NCBI GenBank assembly: GCA_963788655.1
Contig: CAWBHS010000044.1
Coordinates: 1-31,040, forward strand
DNA length: 31,040 nucleotides
DNA from: an uncultured Verrucomicrobiae bacterium
Lineage (GTDB): Bacteria > Verrucomicrobiota > Verrucomicrobiia > Limisphaerales > JAFGQR01
Reading direction: 5' to 3'
Each line of letters starts with the position of its first letter. Position 1 is the first letter of the stretch. The position numbers and the translations under genes are program-made. The notes under the pieces were generated by a model that had not been told where the DNA came from, did no database searches, and saw only the letters and a program-made list of their open reading frames with translations. Positions 24,128 through 31,040 of the stretch are shown here, piece after piece.

Positions 24128-24222
24128 AAAGCCGCTGCGCGGCGAAGGTGGTCGGACGCGGTTGAGCTTGGCGGCAAATTATCGGTCAGCGACATGGCTG
24201 GAATCTATCATGCTGGCGGGGC

Positions 24223-25233
24223 ATGAAAACTAAAAAACATGCCGCGAATGGCAACCCCACCAAAACCAACCTCAACCCCAACCTCCCCGCCATCCGCACG
24301 ACCGGGCGCGAGTATGTCAACCCGGTCGATTACCAGCATCCCTACCCGTGCCTGGCCCGCTTCGCCGACGTGCTGGCCCTGCGCTATGACGCCAATCGCA
24401 CCCGGCACGCCTATTACCGGCAGGTGCGCCTGATCCACGAGCATTTCGGCGCCGACCCCAGCATGCTCACCGAGGACCAACTGCGCGACTATTTCCTGAT
24501 GGTCAAGCTCCAGAAGCACTGGCAGCCCAAGTCCATCCGCCAGGCCCTGGCCGCGGCGCGCCTGTTCTTTGTCGAGCACCTGGCGCATCCCGACTGGCAG
24601 GTCTTTGCCCGGATCCGCGCCAAGGATCATGACCGCTTGCCCGCGGTGCTCACCCGCCCGCAAGTCCACGATCTGCTGACCTTCATCCGCCTGCGCCGCT
24701 ATCGCACGCCCATCAAACTCATCTATGTCTGCGGCTTGCGCTTGAGCGAATGTCTGGGCCTGACGATTCACGCTGTTCACGGCCGGGAAAACAAGTTGCG
24801 GATTCGCCGCGGCAAGGGCCAGCGGGATCGGATGCTGCCGTTGCCCACGTCCCTCTATCAGGAGCTGCGGGCCTATTGGGCGTTCCACCGCCATCCCCTG
24901 TTGCTCTTTCCCAATGTCGGCCGCGGGGCGCACACGCCCCAGGCGCTGGCCGCGCGCATGCACGCCGCCACCGGTCCCATGCCGCCCTCCTCGTTGCAGC
25001 GGCTATTGATTCTGGCCCGCAAGCAATTGAACATCCCCGCCGCCTCGCTGCATTCCTTACGCCATAGTTTTGCCACCCACTTGCTCGAGGCGGGCGCCCA
25101 CCGGCCCACCATTCAACGGTTGCTGGGGCACAAGCAGATCACCTCGACGATGATCTACCTGCACTTGACCCACCAGAGCGCCCAGGACGCCTGGCAGCTC
25201 ATGGCCGCGCTGTGCCGCGGGCTGCCGCGGTAG
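24223..25233 (+). CDS. Site-specific tyrosine recombinase (XerD/IntI-related, IS91-associated)
   Basis: [46 protein letters not shown]: full catalytic set. Confidence 0.93.
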   Translation: MKTKKHAANGNPTKTNLNPNLPAIRTTGREYVNPVDYQHPYPCLARFADVLALRYDANRTRHAYYRQVRLIHEHFGADPSMLTEDQLRDYFLMVKLQKHWQPKSIRQALAAARLFFVEHLAHPDWQVFARIRAKDHDRLPAVLTRPQVHDLLTFIRLRRYRTPIKLIYVCGLRLSECLGLTIHAVHGRENKLRIRRGKGQRDRMLPLPTSLYQELRAYWAFHRHPLLLFPNVGRGAHTPQALAARMHAATGPMPPSSLQRLLILARKQLNIPAASLHSLRHSFATHLLEAGAHRPTIQRLLGHKQITSTMIYLHLTHQSAQDAWQLMAALCRGLPR

Positions 25234-25258
25234 GTCGGCTACCTCCGCGTCCGCTCGC

Positions 25259-26404
25259 GTGAGCGCCACCGTCATCGGGGCGCTGCGTCGGTTCCTGCCC
25301 GCGTTCCTGGAAACCCATCCGCCGCTTTCGGAGGAACAACGCCGCGCCCTCTGGGCCTTCACCCATTGCCGCACGCCGGCGTTGGGCGGGCAGGCTTTTG
25401 CCTGCGAAGACAAAGCCTGCGGCCGCGTTCACTTCGCCTGGCATTCCTGCAATCACAAAGCCTGTCCGCAGTGTGGCCGGCAAGCCACCGCCCGATGGGT
25501 CCAGCGCGAATTGGCCCAGCTCGTGCGCGCTCCCTACTTCCTGGTCACCTTCACGCTCCCGGCCGAACTGCGCGGGCAGTTCTTCGGGCCCCACGCCCGC
25601 CAGGCTTACGACCTCTTCTTCCACGCCGTCTCCGGCGCCTTGCGGGAAAAGTTGGCCGCCGACAAAAACCTGGGCGCCCACCGCAGCGGCTTCACCGCCG
25701 TCTTGCATACCTGGACCCAGCGCCTGGAGTTTCATCCGCACCTCCACTGCCTGGTGCCCGGCGCGGGGCTGGATGCCGGCGGCCACTTCGTCCGCGGCAA
25801 GAACGAGGATCGCCTGGTGTTCCTGGGGCATTTGAAAGCCGCCTTCCGTCAGCACTGCTACCGGCGCTTCAAGGAAAACAACTGGCCCGTCGATCCGGCC
25901 GTCTGGTCCACGGAGTGGAATGTCCAAATCCAACCGGTCGGCGCGGGGGTTCCCGCCGTGAAATACCTCGGCACCTACGTGGCCCGCACGGCCATCCGCG
26001 ACGAACGCATCGTGGCGGTCGGGGACCAGACGGTGACCTTCCGGTGGAAGGATCGCGATCACGATCGCCTCGCACAGTTGACGTTGCCGGGCATCGAGTT
26101 CGTGCGCCGCTACCTGCGGCACGTCCTGCCGCGAGGCCTGCGCTCGGTCCGCTATTACGGGTTCTGTCATCCCACCGCCAAGGCCCAGCGTCTGCGCGTG
26201 CAGTGCCACAGTGGCTTGCCGGTGCAATTGGGCGATCCCACGGTGGCCCCTTCCTCCCGTTCCACTCCGCGCTGTCCCGGTGGCGGCGGGCCGACGCGCT
26301 TCCTCGCGTCGGTTGGCCGATGGGCACGGAAGCGCGGGCCCCCGCGGCAACCGCCACGCCACCCGATCCCACCGCGGTCGAGCGCCGCTGCCATCGCCGC
26401 ATGA
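25259..26404 (+). CDS. IS91-family (HUH Y2) transposase
   Basis: Zn-binding CRT..LGG...C...C...SCNHKACPQC, FLVTFTLP, HTW...HPHLH, YLGTY, HVLPRG...VRYYG. Confidence 0.93.
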   Translation: MSATVIGALRRFLPAFLETHPPLSEEQRRALWAFTHCRTPALGGQAFACEDKACGRVHFAWHSCNHKACPQCGRQATARWVQRELAQLVRAPYFLVTFTLPAELRGQFFGPHARQAYDLFFHAVSGALREKLAADKNLGAHRSGFTAVLHTWTQRLEFHPHLHCLVPGAGLDAGGHFVRGKNEDRLVFLGHLKAAFRQHCYRRFKENNWPVDPAVWSTEWNVQIQPVGAGVPAVKYLGTYVARTAIRDERIVAVGDQTVTFRWKDRDHDRLAQLTLPGIEFVRRYLRHVLPRGLRSVRYYGFCHPTAKAQRLRVQCHSGLPVQLGDPTVAPSSRSTPRCPGGGGPTRFLASVGRWARKRGPPRQPPRHPIPPRSSAAAIAA

Positions 26405-26680
26405 ATACCGCGCCTCAAAACAATCCGAGGTTCCGCGGGCGGGAAGCGCTTGCGGCGCGTGAGCCTCTCGGCGCTCGGAATCGTGGAAACCTCTCCTCCA
26501 AGCCACCTTTTCTGGCCTCCGCCTTCAGTAAACCACCCTCACTTCCCGCTCGGCCTACTTCCCCGCTCCGCTTGGGGTCCCGCGCCGTCATCAAAAGCGC
26601 CTCTCCGACCCATCGAGTGACTCCTTCGGCTCAAATACAAGTGCCATAGGCTCTGGCGAACCGCCGCGTCGTTCGGGCTT

Positions 26681-26746
26681 GTTCAACCAGGGGTGTAGTT
26701 GCTGGCTCCGCTTCGCTCCGCAGCAATACACCCTTTATTGTTGGGC
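26681..26746 (+). other. attC-like hairpin carried by the element, polarity opposite to the array
   Basis: GTTCAAC-ca-GGGTGTAgTTGCTG-loop-CAGCAATACACCC-tttatt-GTTGGGC. The extra base is in the left arm on the plus strand. Confidence 0.7.
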
Positions 26747-26765
26747 GAACTTCTCACGGCTGAAT

Positions 26766-27020
26766 CTATTGTGTAACCTGCCCATAAATGTAAAGCGCAG
26801 GCATGAAAGCGAGGAACAGCGCACAGACCCGTGGCCATTTGGTGCCATGGCGTAGAACAGTCAAAACGGGCCATAGCGCGAGGCCGACCAAGACAGCGTC
26901 GCTAAGCAGCATTTCAGTCGAGCGCATTCCATCGCGAGGAAGAGTGACTTCGCGAAAACAAACTGTAGCCTCGAATATCAGACTCACGCTAAGGAGCCAA
27001 AGCTGAATCGCTGTGGTCAT
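26766..27020 (-). CDS. Cassette gene, small membrane protein (84 aa)
   Basis: ATG a few nt after core GTTGGGC; about three hydrophobic segments. Confidence 0.6.
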   Translation of the reverse strand: MTTAIQLWLLSVSLIFEATVCFREVTLPRDGMRSTEMLLSDAVLVGLALWPVLTVLRHGTKWPRVCALFLAFMPALYIYGQVTQ

Positions 27021-27026
27021 GGTGTC

Positions 27027-27119
27027 GCCCAACGACAGAGGTCAGGCACGGCGCGCCCGAGATGCCCGACATGAAACGAGAGCGCTCCCGCGCCGTTGCC
27101 TGCACCGGCTTTGTTAGGG
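27027..27119 (-). other. attC site
   Basis: Minus strand CCCTAAC-aaagcc-GGTgCAGGCAaCGGCGCG...CGCGCCGTGCCTGACC-tctgtc-GTTGGGC, with two extrahelical bases. The upstream gene's stop lies inside R''. Confidence 0.88.
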
Positions 27120-27482
27120 GCATTTTTCATTTGTTGTGTGCTCAAGAAATCTCCCCAAGTCGCTAAGCACCTTCTCGAGCGCAGCTTCGGCACTGACTGC
27201 CGCGAAATCTTCGTATAGGCCAATGTGAGGACCGTTCCATTCGACCATGAGAAGATGGTCAGAGGGGCCGTGAGCCGGCTCACCATTCTCTTGCGGGAAG
27301 GTGGACTGGAGGCGGAACAACTCAAGCTGCCAGACGTGGCACCGGAAAAAATCACGGCGTTCCGTGTCTCTGAATATCTCGATGCGAGTAGGCCACTTCT
27401 CGTCAGCAAGTGTCAAGTCCACCTCGACCGTTTTGACTAGCTCAAAAACGGGGCTGGTGATCGCTGAGTGCTGGAGCTTCAT
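27114..27482 (-). CDS. Cassette gene, 122-aa hypothetical
   Basis: ORF fills the cassette and its TAA overlaps R'' (CCCTAAC). Confidence 0.75.
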   Translation of the reverse strand: MKLQHSAITSPVFELVKTVEVDLTLADEKWPTRIEIFRDTERRDFFRCHVWQLELFRLQSTFPQENGEPAHGPSDHLLMVEWNGPHIGLYEDFAAVSAEAALEKVLSDLGRFLEHTTNEKCP

Positions 27483-27494
27483 ACGTGCATGCGC

Positions 27495-29704
27495 ACCGGG
27501 TAGGCGTCATTGGTTACCCGCCGACGCCCCCCTAAGAACCGTACGTGAAAGTTTCCCTTCATACGGCTCAAGCCTTTCAAAGGCCGTCGTTGATCCGGAC
27601 GACCCAGCTATCAGAGTTTTGGCCATAATAACAAGCCTTTCGAGAGCCGATTATACGCCCCCGGTCGCCCGAGGCGAGCCGTTTCCTACGGGGTAACTGC
27701 GCCAGGCAAAGCACCGACGCTTCTCGAAATACTTGACCCAGTCCGGATGATAAGGATTGGCCTCGGCTTTCACTTTAATGTGCCGATCCATCACCGTCTG
27801 GAGCAGATTCCGCAGCTTCAACAATCGCGGCTCGCCGTCTCGGGTGCGAACCCAAGTCGAAAAGCAGCCTTTGCCAGCGGCGGGATAATATTTGCGGCGT
27901 CGCCAAGTCCAGGATTTCTTGGGATGCCGCCGTTTCATCCATCGCCAGAGCAGGTCGTTCACGTACCGATCAACCTGATAGAATGCTTCTCGGGCGACGA
28001 CATGGCGGTGGTAGTTGGCCCACCCCCGCAGGATTGGATTTAACGTTCGGATTAACACTTCGGTCGCCAGACCCCGACCTTGCCGAATGCACTGTCGGGC
28101 TTTCTCCCGTATCCCGGCAATCGCCTTGCGGGAGGGAGTGATCCGAAGTTTCTTTCCCCGTTTGCGCAGGTTCTGTCCCAGGAAGTCAAAACCTTCCTCG
28201 ATATGGGTGATCTTGGTCTTTTCCTCTGAGAGACTCAGGCCCCGTTCCTTCAGGAAGGAGGCGATCACCGGTTTGACCTTGTCTTCGAGGGTTTCCCGAC
28301 GTGCCGCCGTGACCACAAAGTCATCCGCATAGCGGATGAAGTTGACCTTGTCATGGCGCGGTCGGATCGCCGCCCGGATGGCGACTTCCAACCCATCGAG
28401 GGTCAGGTTGGCCAACAAAGGGGAGGCGATGCCCCCTTGCGGTGCTCCCGCTTCGGTCGGAAAGAGCCGACCTGCTTCCAGATAACCGGCGCGCAGCCAT
28501 TTGCTCAGGATCTCGCGATCCATCGGGATGTGCTGGAGCAACCAGTCGTGGCTGATTTCGTCGAAACAGCTTTTAGTATCCCCTTCCAGAACCCAGACCG
28601 GCGCGTAGCTCTTGGCCAGTGCGTTGAAGCACTGCCCAATGGCATCGGCGCAACTACGGCCTTCCCGGAAACCATAGGAGTTCTTGTCAGCGCAAGTCTC
28701 CGCAATCGGTTTCAAAGCCAAGGCATGGAGGGCTTGATGGGCGCGGTCAGTCATCACCGGAATACTGAGCGGCCTTAATTTGCCGTTCTTTTTCGGGATG
28801 TAGAGACGCCTCAGGGGTTGCGGTTGATAGCCGCGTTGTTTGAGGCGCGATACCGCTGCGAACTTTTGTGAATCGGTTCGCCAGACCTGTCCATCGACTC
28901 CGGGCGTGGCGTGTCCTTTGTTACTCGTCACCCGTTGAACGGCCAGTAATTTGGCCGCGCCCGAGTGCGTGAGAATCCACTGCAGGGCTTTTGCCCGGCC
29001 GGGGTCGTTTTCTCTGACCGCCTTGGCAATACGCATCTGCAGCCGTTTGACCGAGGCGCGCACGGATTCCCAGTTCAGGGCTTTCCATGCGGTGCCGCGA
29101 CCGGAGGACGCACCAGTCGATCCCGAAAGATCAACCGTCATTTGCTTCTCCCCCTGCATCGGTTCTACCTATTCTCTTGCCAAGAAAGACCCGATCGAAG
29201 TGGGTCTATCCGATCCATTACAGACCGGTTTTTACTTTTTCGATCCTCTCAAAGCTGCTTCCCCTGAGCCGGCCTTGCGGTGGGCTTGCCTGGAAACCGT
29301 CCAGGCGGGATACCCGCAGCTTTTCCATGTTCCGCATTCATCACGAGATGGGTTAGGTCCACTCTCTACACCGGCGGTGCGCCATTCGCGTCGGGCCACG
29401 TTAGACAACCCGAACCTGACCGCTGGCCTTATTTTGGCCGGAGCCTTAAAAACAGCCTCGTCTGGCTCGTTCCTCTGACGATGCTTGCGAGTGTTCAATT
29501 GGTTTGACCCTACCATCCAATTCTAGCGCCGCACCCGGATTGAGGCTCCCAGGCTGGCTACATTGTCGGGAAGGCTTCACACCCTGGACAGTAGCCTTGC
29601 GGCCGCCCGCCCAACGCATGCTTCCCTGGAATACCTGCCGCGAAAGGCAGGACTGAGTCAGGTTGCCCATGCTCAGCAGTGATGAATGCGACTTCATGTC
29701 ACAA
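27495..29704 (-). mobile_element. Group II intron (IIB/CL-like), inserted at attC core GTTAG|GCGC
   Basis: Domain V GAGCCGTATGAAGGGAAACTTTCACGTACGGTTC (27536-27569), domain VI ending CTACCCGGT, 5' end TTGTGAC. Excision gives GTTAGGCGCAT, one mismatch from the complement of the cassette's R'' region. Ends are +/-1-2 nt. Confidence 0.88.
27651..29159 (-). CDS. ltrA: Group II intron reverse transcriptase/maturase, no HNH domain
   Basis: RVT_N-type start (W..LNW...VKRLQMRIAKA), TPGVDG, RPLSIP, SYGFR, PQGGIASPLLAN, RYADDF, GFDFLG, LNPILRGWANY. Confidence 0.95.
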   Translation of the reverse strand: MQGEKQMTVDLSGSTGASSGRGTAWKALNWESVRASVKRLQMRIAKAVRENDPGRAKALQWILTHSGAAKLLAVQRVTSNKGHATPGVDGQVWRTDSQKFAAVSRLKQRGYQPQPLRRLYIPKKNGKLRPLSIPVMTDRAHQALHALALKPIAETCADKNSYGFREGRSCADAIGQCFNALAKSYAPVWVLEGDTKSCFDEISHDWLLQHIPMDREILSKWLRAGYLEAGRLFPTEAGAPQGGIASPLLANLTLDGLEVAIRAAIRPRHDKVNFIRYADDFVVTAARRETLEDKVKPVIASFLKERGLSLSEEKTKITHIEEGFDFLGQNLRKRGKKLRITPSRKAIAGIREKARQCIRQGRGLATEVLIRTLNPILRGWANYHRHVVAREAFYQVDRYVNDLLWRWMKRRHPKKSWTWRRRKYYPAAGKGCFSTWVRTRDGEPRLLKLRNLLQTVMDRHIKVKAEANPYHPDWVKYFEKRRCFAWRSYPVGNGSPRATGGV

Positions 29705-29807
29705 CTAACGACCAAGCTGAGCGACTGACATGAGCGCGCCGACGACATCCGATTGCAACGAAGACGCCGCCCGCGCTCATGGCAGTTCGCTCAGCGTCTG
29801 GTTGGAC
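29705..29807 (-). other. attC site (R' core interrupted by the intron)
   Basis: Minus strand GTCCAAC-cagac-GCTGAGCGAaCTGcCATGAGCGCG...CGCGCTCATGtCAGTCGCTCAGC-ttggtc-GTTAG|intron. Confidence 0.88.
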
Positions 29808-29950
29808 CGCTCGTTCCATGCGGTGATGGACTACGCGGCCCGAAACAACTGGAGCGAGCAATTGCTGGATGTCTCGCAGAAAAAGTTTGGCCGCGTGCGT
29901 CAAGGAGTTGGCGTGCTGCGTGAGAGTTACCGTTCGATGCTCGCCGCGCA
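29808..29950 (-). other. Apparently ORF-less first cassette
   Basis: 143 nt between exactly complementary core sites (GTTGGAC/GTCCAAC); no convincing self-contained ORF. Confidence 0.6.
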
Positions 29951-30000
29951 GTCCAACTATTATTATTCTACCAGTGAACACATAATGAACTTGCCAAGTT
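29951..30000 (-). promoter_or_regulatory. Putative attI site / cassette promoter region
   Basis: Minus strand AT-rich ...GTTCATTATGTGTTCACTGGTAGAATAATAATA-G|TTGGAC: a core site with no attC hairpin, at the head of the array beside the intI remnant. Confidence 0.6.
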
Positions 30001-30030
30001 GTTGACAACAGGGCACCACGGAAAAACAAG

Positions 30031-30150
30031 GTTGAAGCTGAGGCGATACCACGAATGCCGGCGGTAATTCGGTTGCGGCATCAGCCCTTTTCCACGGAAC
30101 AATCCGATTGTAGCTGGCTCCGGCACTCCATTCGCTTCCGGCCCAGGGTG
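30031..30150 (+). pseudogene. intI: Truncated integron integrase N-terminus
   Basis: EAIPRMPAVIRLRHQPFSTEQSDCSWLRHSIRF resembles the IntI N-terminal pattern IRxRHYSxxTExxYxxWxRRFIxF. Divergent from the array; no catalytic domain before glnD. Confidence 0.6.
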
Positions 30151-30235
30151 CCCACCAGGGCGTGTCGGCCGAACCCAATACCAAGCATTCTCAGCATGGG
30201 GGTTCTTTTATCAACCAGGACTGGATCGGTCACGG

Positions 30236-30268
30236 CAAAAAGAGCGGCGCTGGGCAAGCTGGCGCCGG
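30236..30268 (-). terminator. Probable intrinsic terminator of glnD
   Basis: Minus strand CGGCGC-loop-GCGCCG followed by CTCTTTTT, right after the stop. Confidence 0.5.
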
Positions 30269-31040
30269 TTACTTCAATTCCGCCAAGGCCTCCCGCAGCT
30301 TGGTTTCGATGAGTTTCTGCCGCTTCGCCTCCAGTATTTTCCGGCCGTCGTTGGCCGTGACGTAGAAAGTGTCCACGGCGGCGCCTTTTTCGGTGAGGAT
30401 TTTGGCCAGGGAAATGTTGATCTCAATTCCGCCAGCGCCCGGGAGATGCGGAACAGCAGACCCAGGTGGTCTTCGGTTTCGATTTCGATCACGGTTTGGG
30501 TGGCGGACGCCGTGTTGTCAATCTGGATGGTGGTGGGCAGTTCCTCCCCGGCCAAGCCAAAGTAGAGGGGGCGCCCGGGGCGTTTTCCTTGGATGAGCCG
30601 CTCCAGGTTGAAGTCTTCGTCCGTCAACGCCGCGGTGAGCAGCCGCCCAAATTCCTGGCGCTCGTCCACGGTCACGAGGCTGCCGGTGCGGGCATCCGCC
30701 ACGGAGAAGGTGTCCAGGACGACTTTATCGGTGCGCGTAAAGACTTCGGCGCCGAGGATGTTGATGCCGGCGGCACTGAAGGCGCAGGTGATCTGGCTGA
30801 ACAGGCCGGCGCGATCCCAGGTGCAGATTTTGGCCTTGGAATAGCCGCGGTCCCGTTGGTGGTGCCAGGTGATCACCGGTTCGAGCCCCCGTTTGCCGTC
30901 CGCCAATTGCCGGCGCATGAATCGCCGCACTTGGAGGAGATCCTTGGCAATGTCTTTCACACTGTGGACGGTGAAATGGCGGGAAGGTCGCTGGAAATGG
31001 CCGGCAATTTCCTCCGGCGTGACCCGCCGCTTCACGGTCC
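30269..31040 (-). CDS. glnD: [Protein-PII] uridylyltransferase, C-terminal ACT domains (5'-partial, frameshift near 30425)
   Basis: ICTWDRAGLFSQI...INILGAEVFTR.D..LDTF, TVIEIETEDHLGLLFRIS, then ISLAKILTEKGAAVDTFYVT. Confidence 0.88.

Larger units (their letters stand above)
24122..26740 (+). mobile_element. Tyrosine recombinase + IS91-family transposase element inserted in attC
   Basis: Left junction G|TTGAACAAAGCC. Right end GGCTTGTTCAAC plus hairpin plus G|TTGGGC. Removing 24122..26740 restores an attC with R'' GCCCAAC. Confidence 0.85.

Noticed and set aside
24223..25233. The integron's own IntI
   Set aside because: It lies mid-array, is coupled to an IS91 transposase and is not next to attI. 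The intI-like stub is at about 30031.
27495..29704. Classic group IIC-attC intron
   Set aside because: AGC triad, 34-nt domain V, RVT_N-type protein and sense-strand insertion at R' do not fit class IIC.
29694..30029. ORFs 29694..30029 (-) and 29730..30005 (+) as genes
   Set aside because: They run through attC and attI sequence and show no protein-like features.

Overview
GC-rich bacterial window, probably Verrucomicrobiota (inferred from gene content and repeat types). Several single-base frameshifts look like long-read errors. Left to right: (1) a DedA/rhodanese, TVP38, flavoprotein disulfide reductase and PNPOx-family group. (2) TPP-riboswitch-controlled thiC, followed by a PIN toxin module and a second, chimeric copy of the thiC 3' end. 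That copy carries two related 84-nt structured inserts, both in frame at Glu-Phe sites. (3) ABC-2 permeases, DUF3568, trxB, an lpoB/COG3014/ycfL group and hisF, with REP/MITE repeats between them. (4) A CDP-3,6-dideoxyhexose cluster (rfbFGH plus a reductase) whose epimerase and SDR genes are internally deleted. (5) A decaying minus-strand integron: intI N-terminal remnant, putative attI, four attC sites and one apparently ORF-less cassette. Two elements have invaded it: a non-IIC group II intron in an attC core, and a tyrosine-recombinase + IS91-type transposase element with its own attC-like hairpin, inserted antisense at an attC G|TT. (6) The 3' part of glnD.
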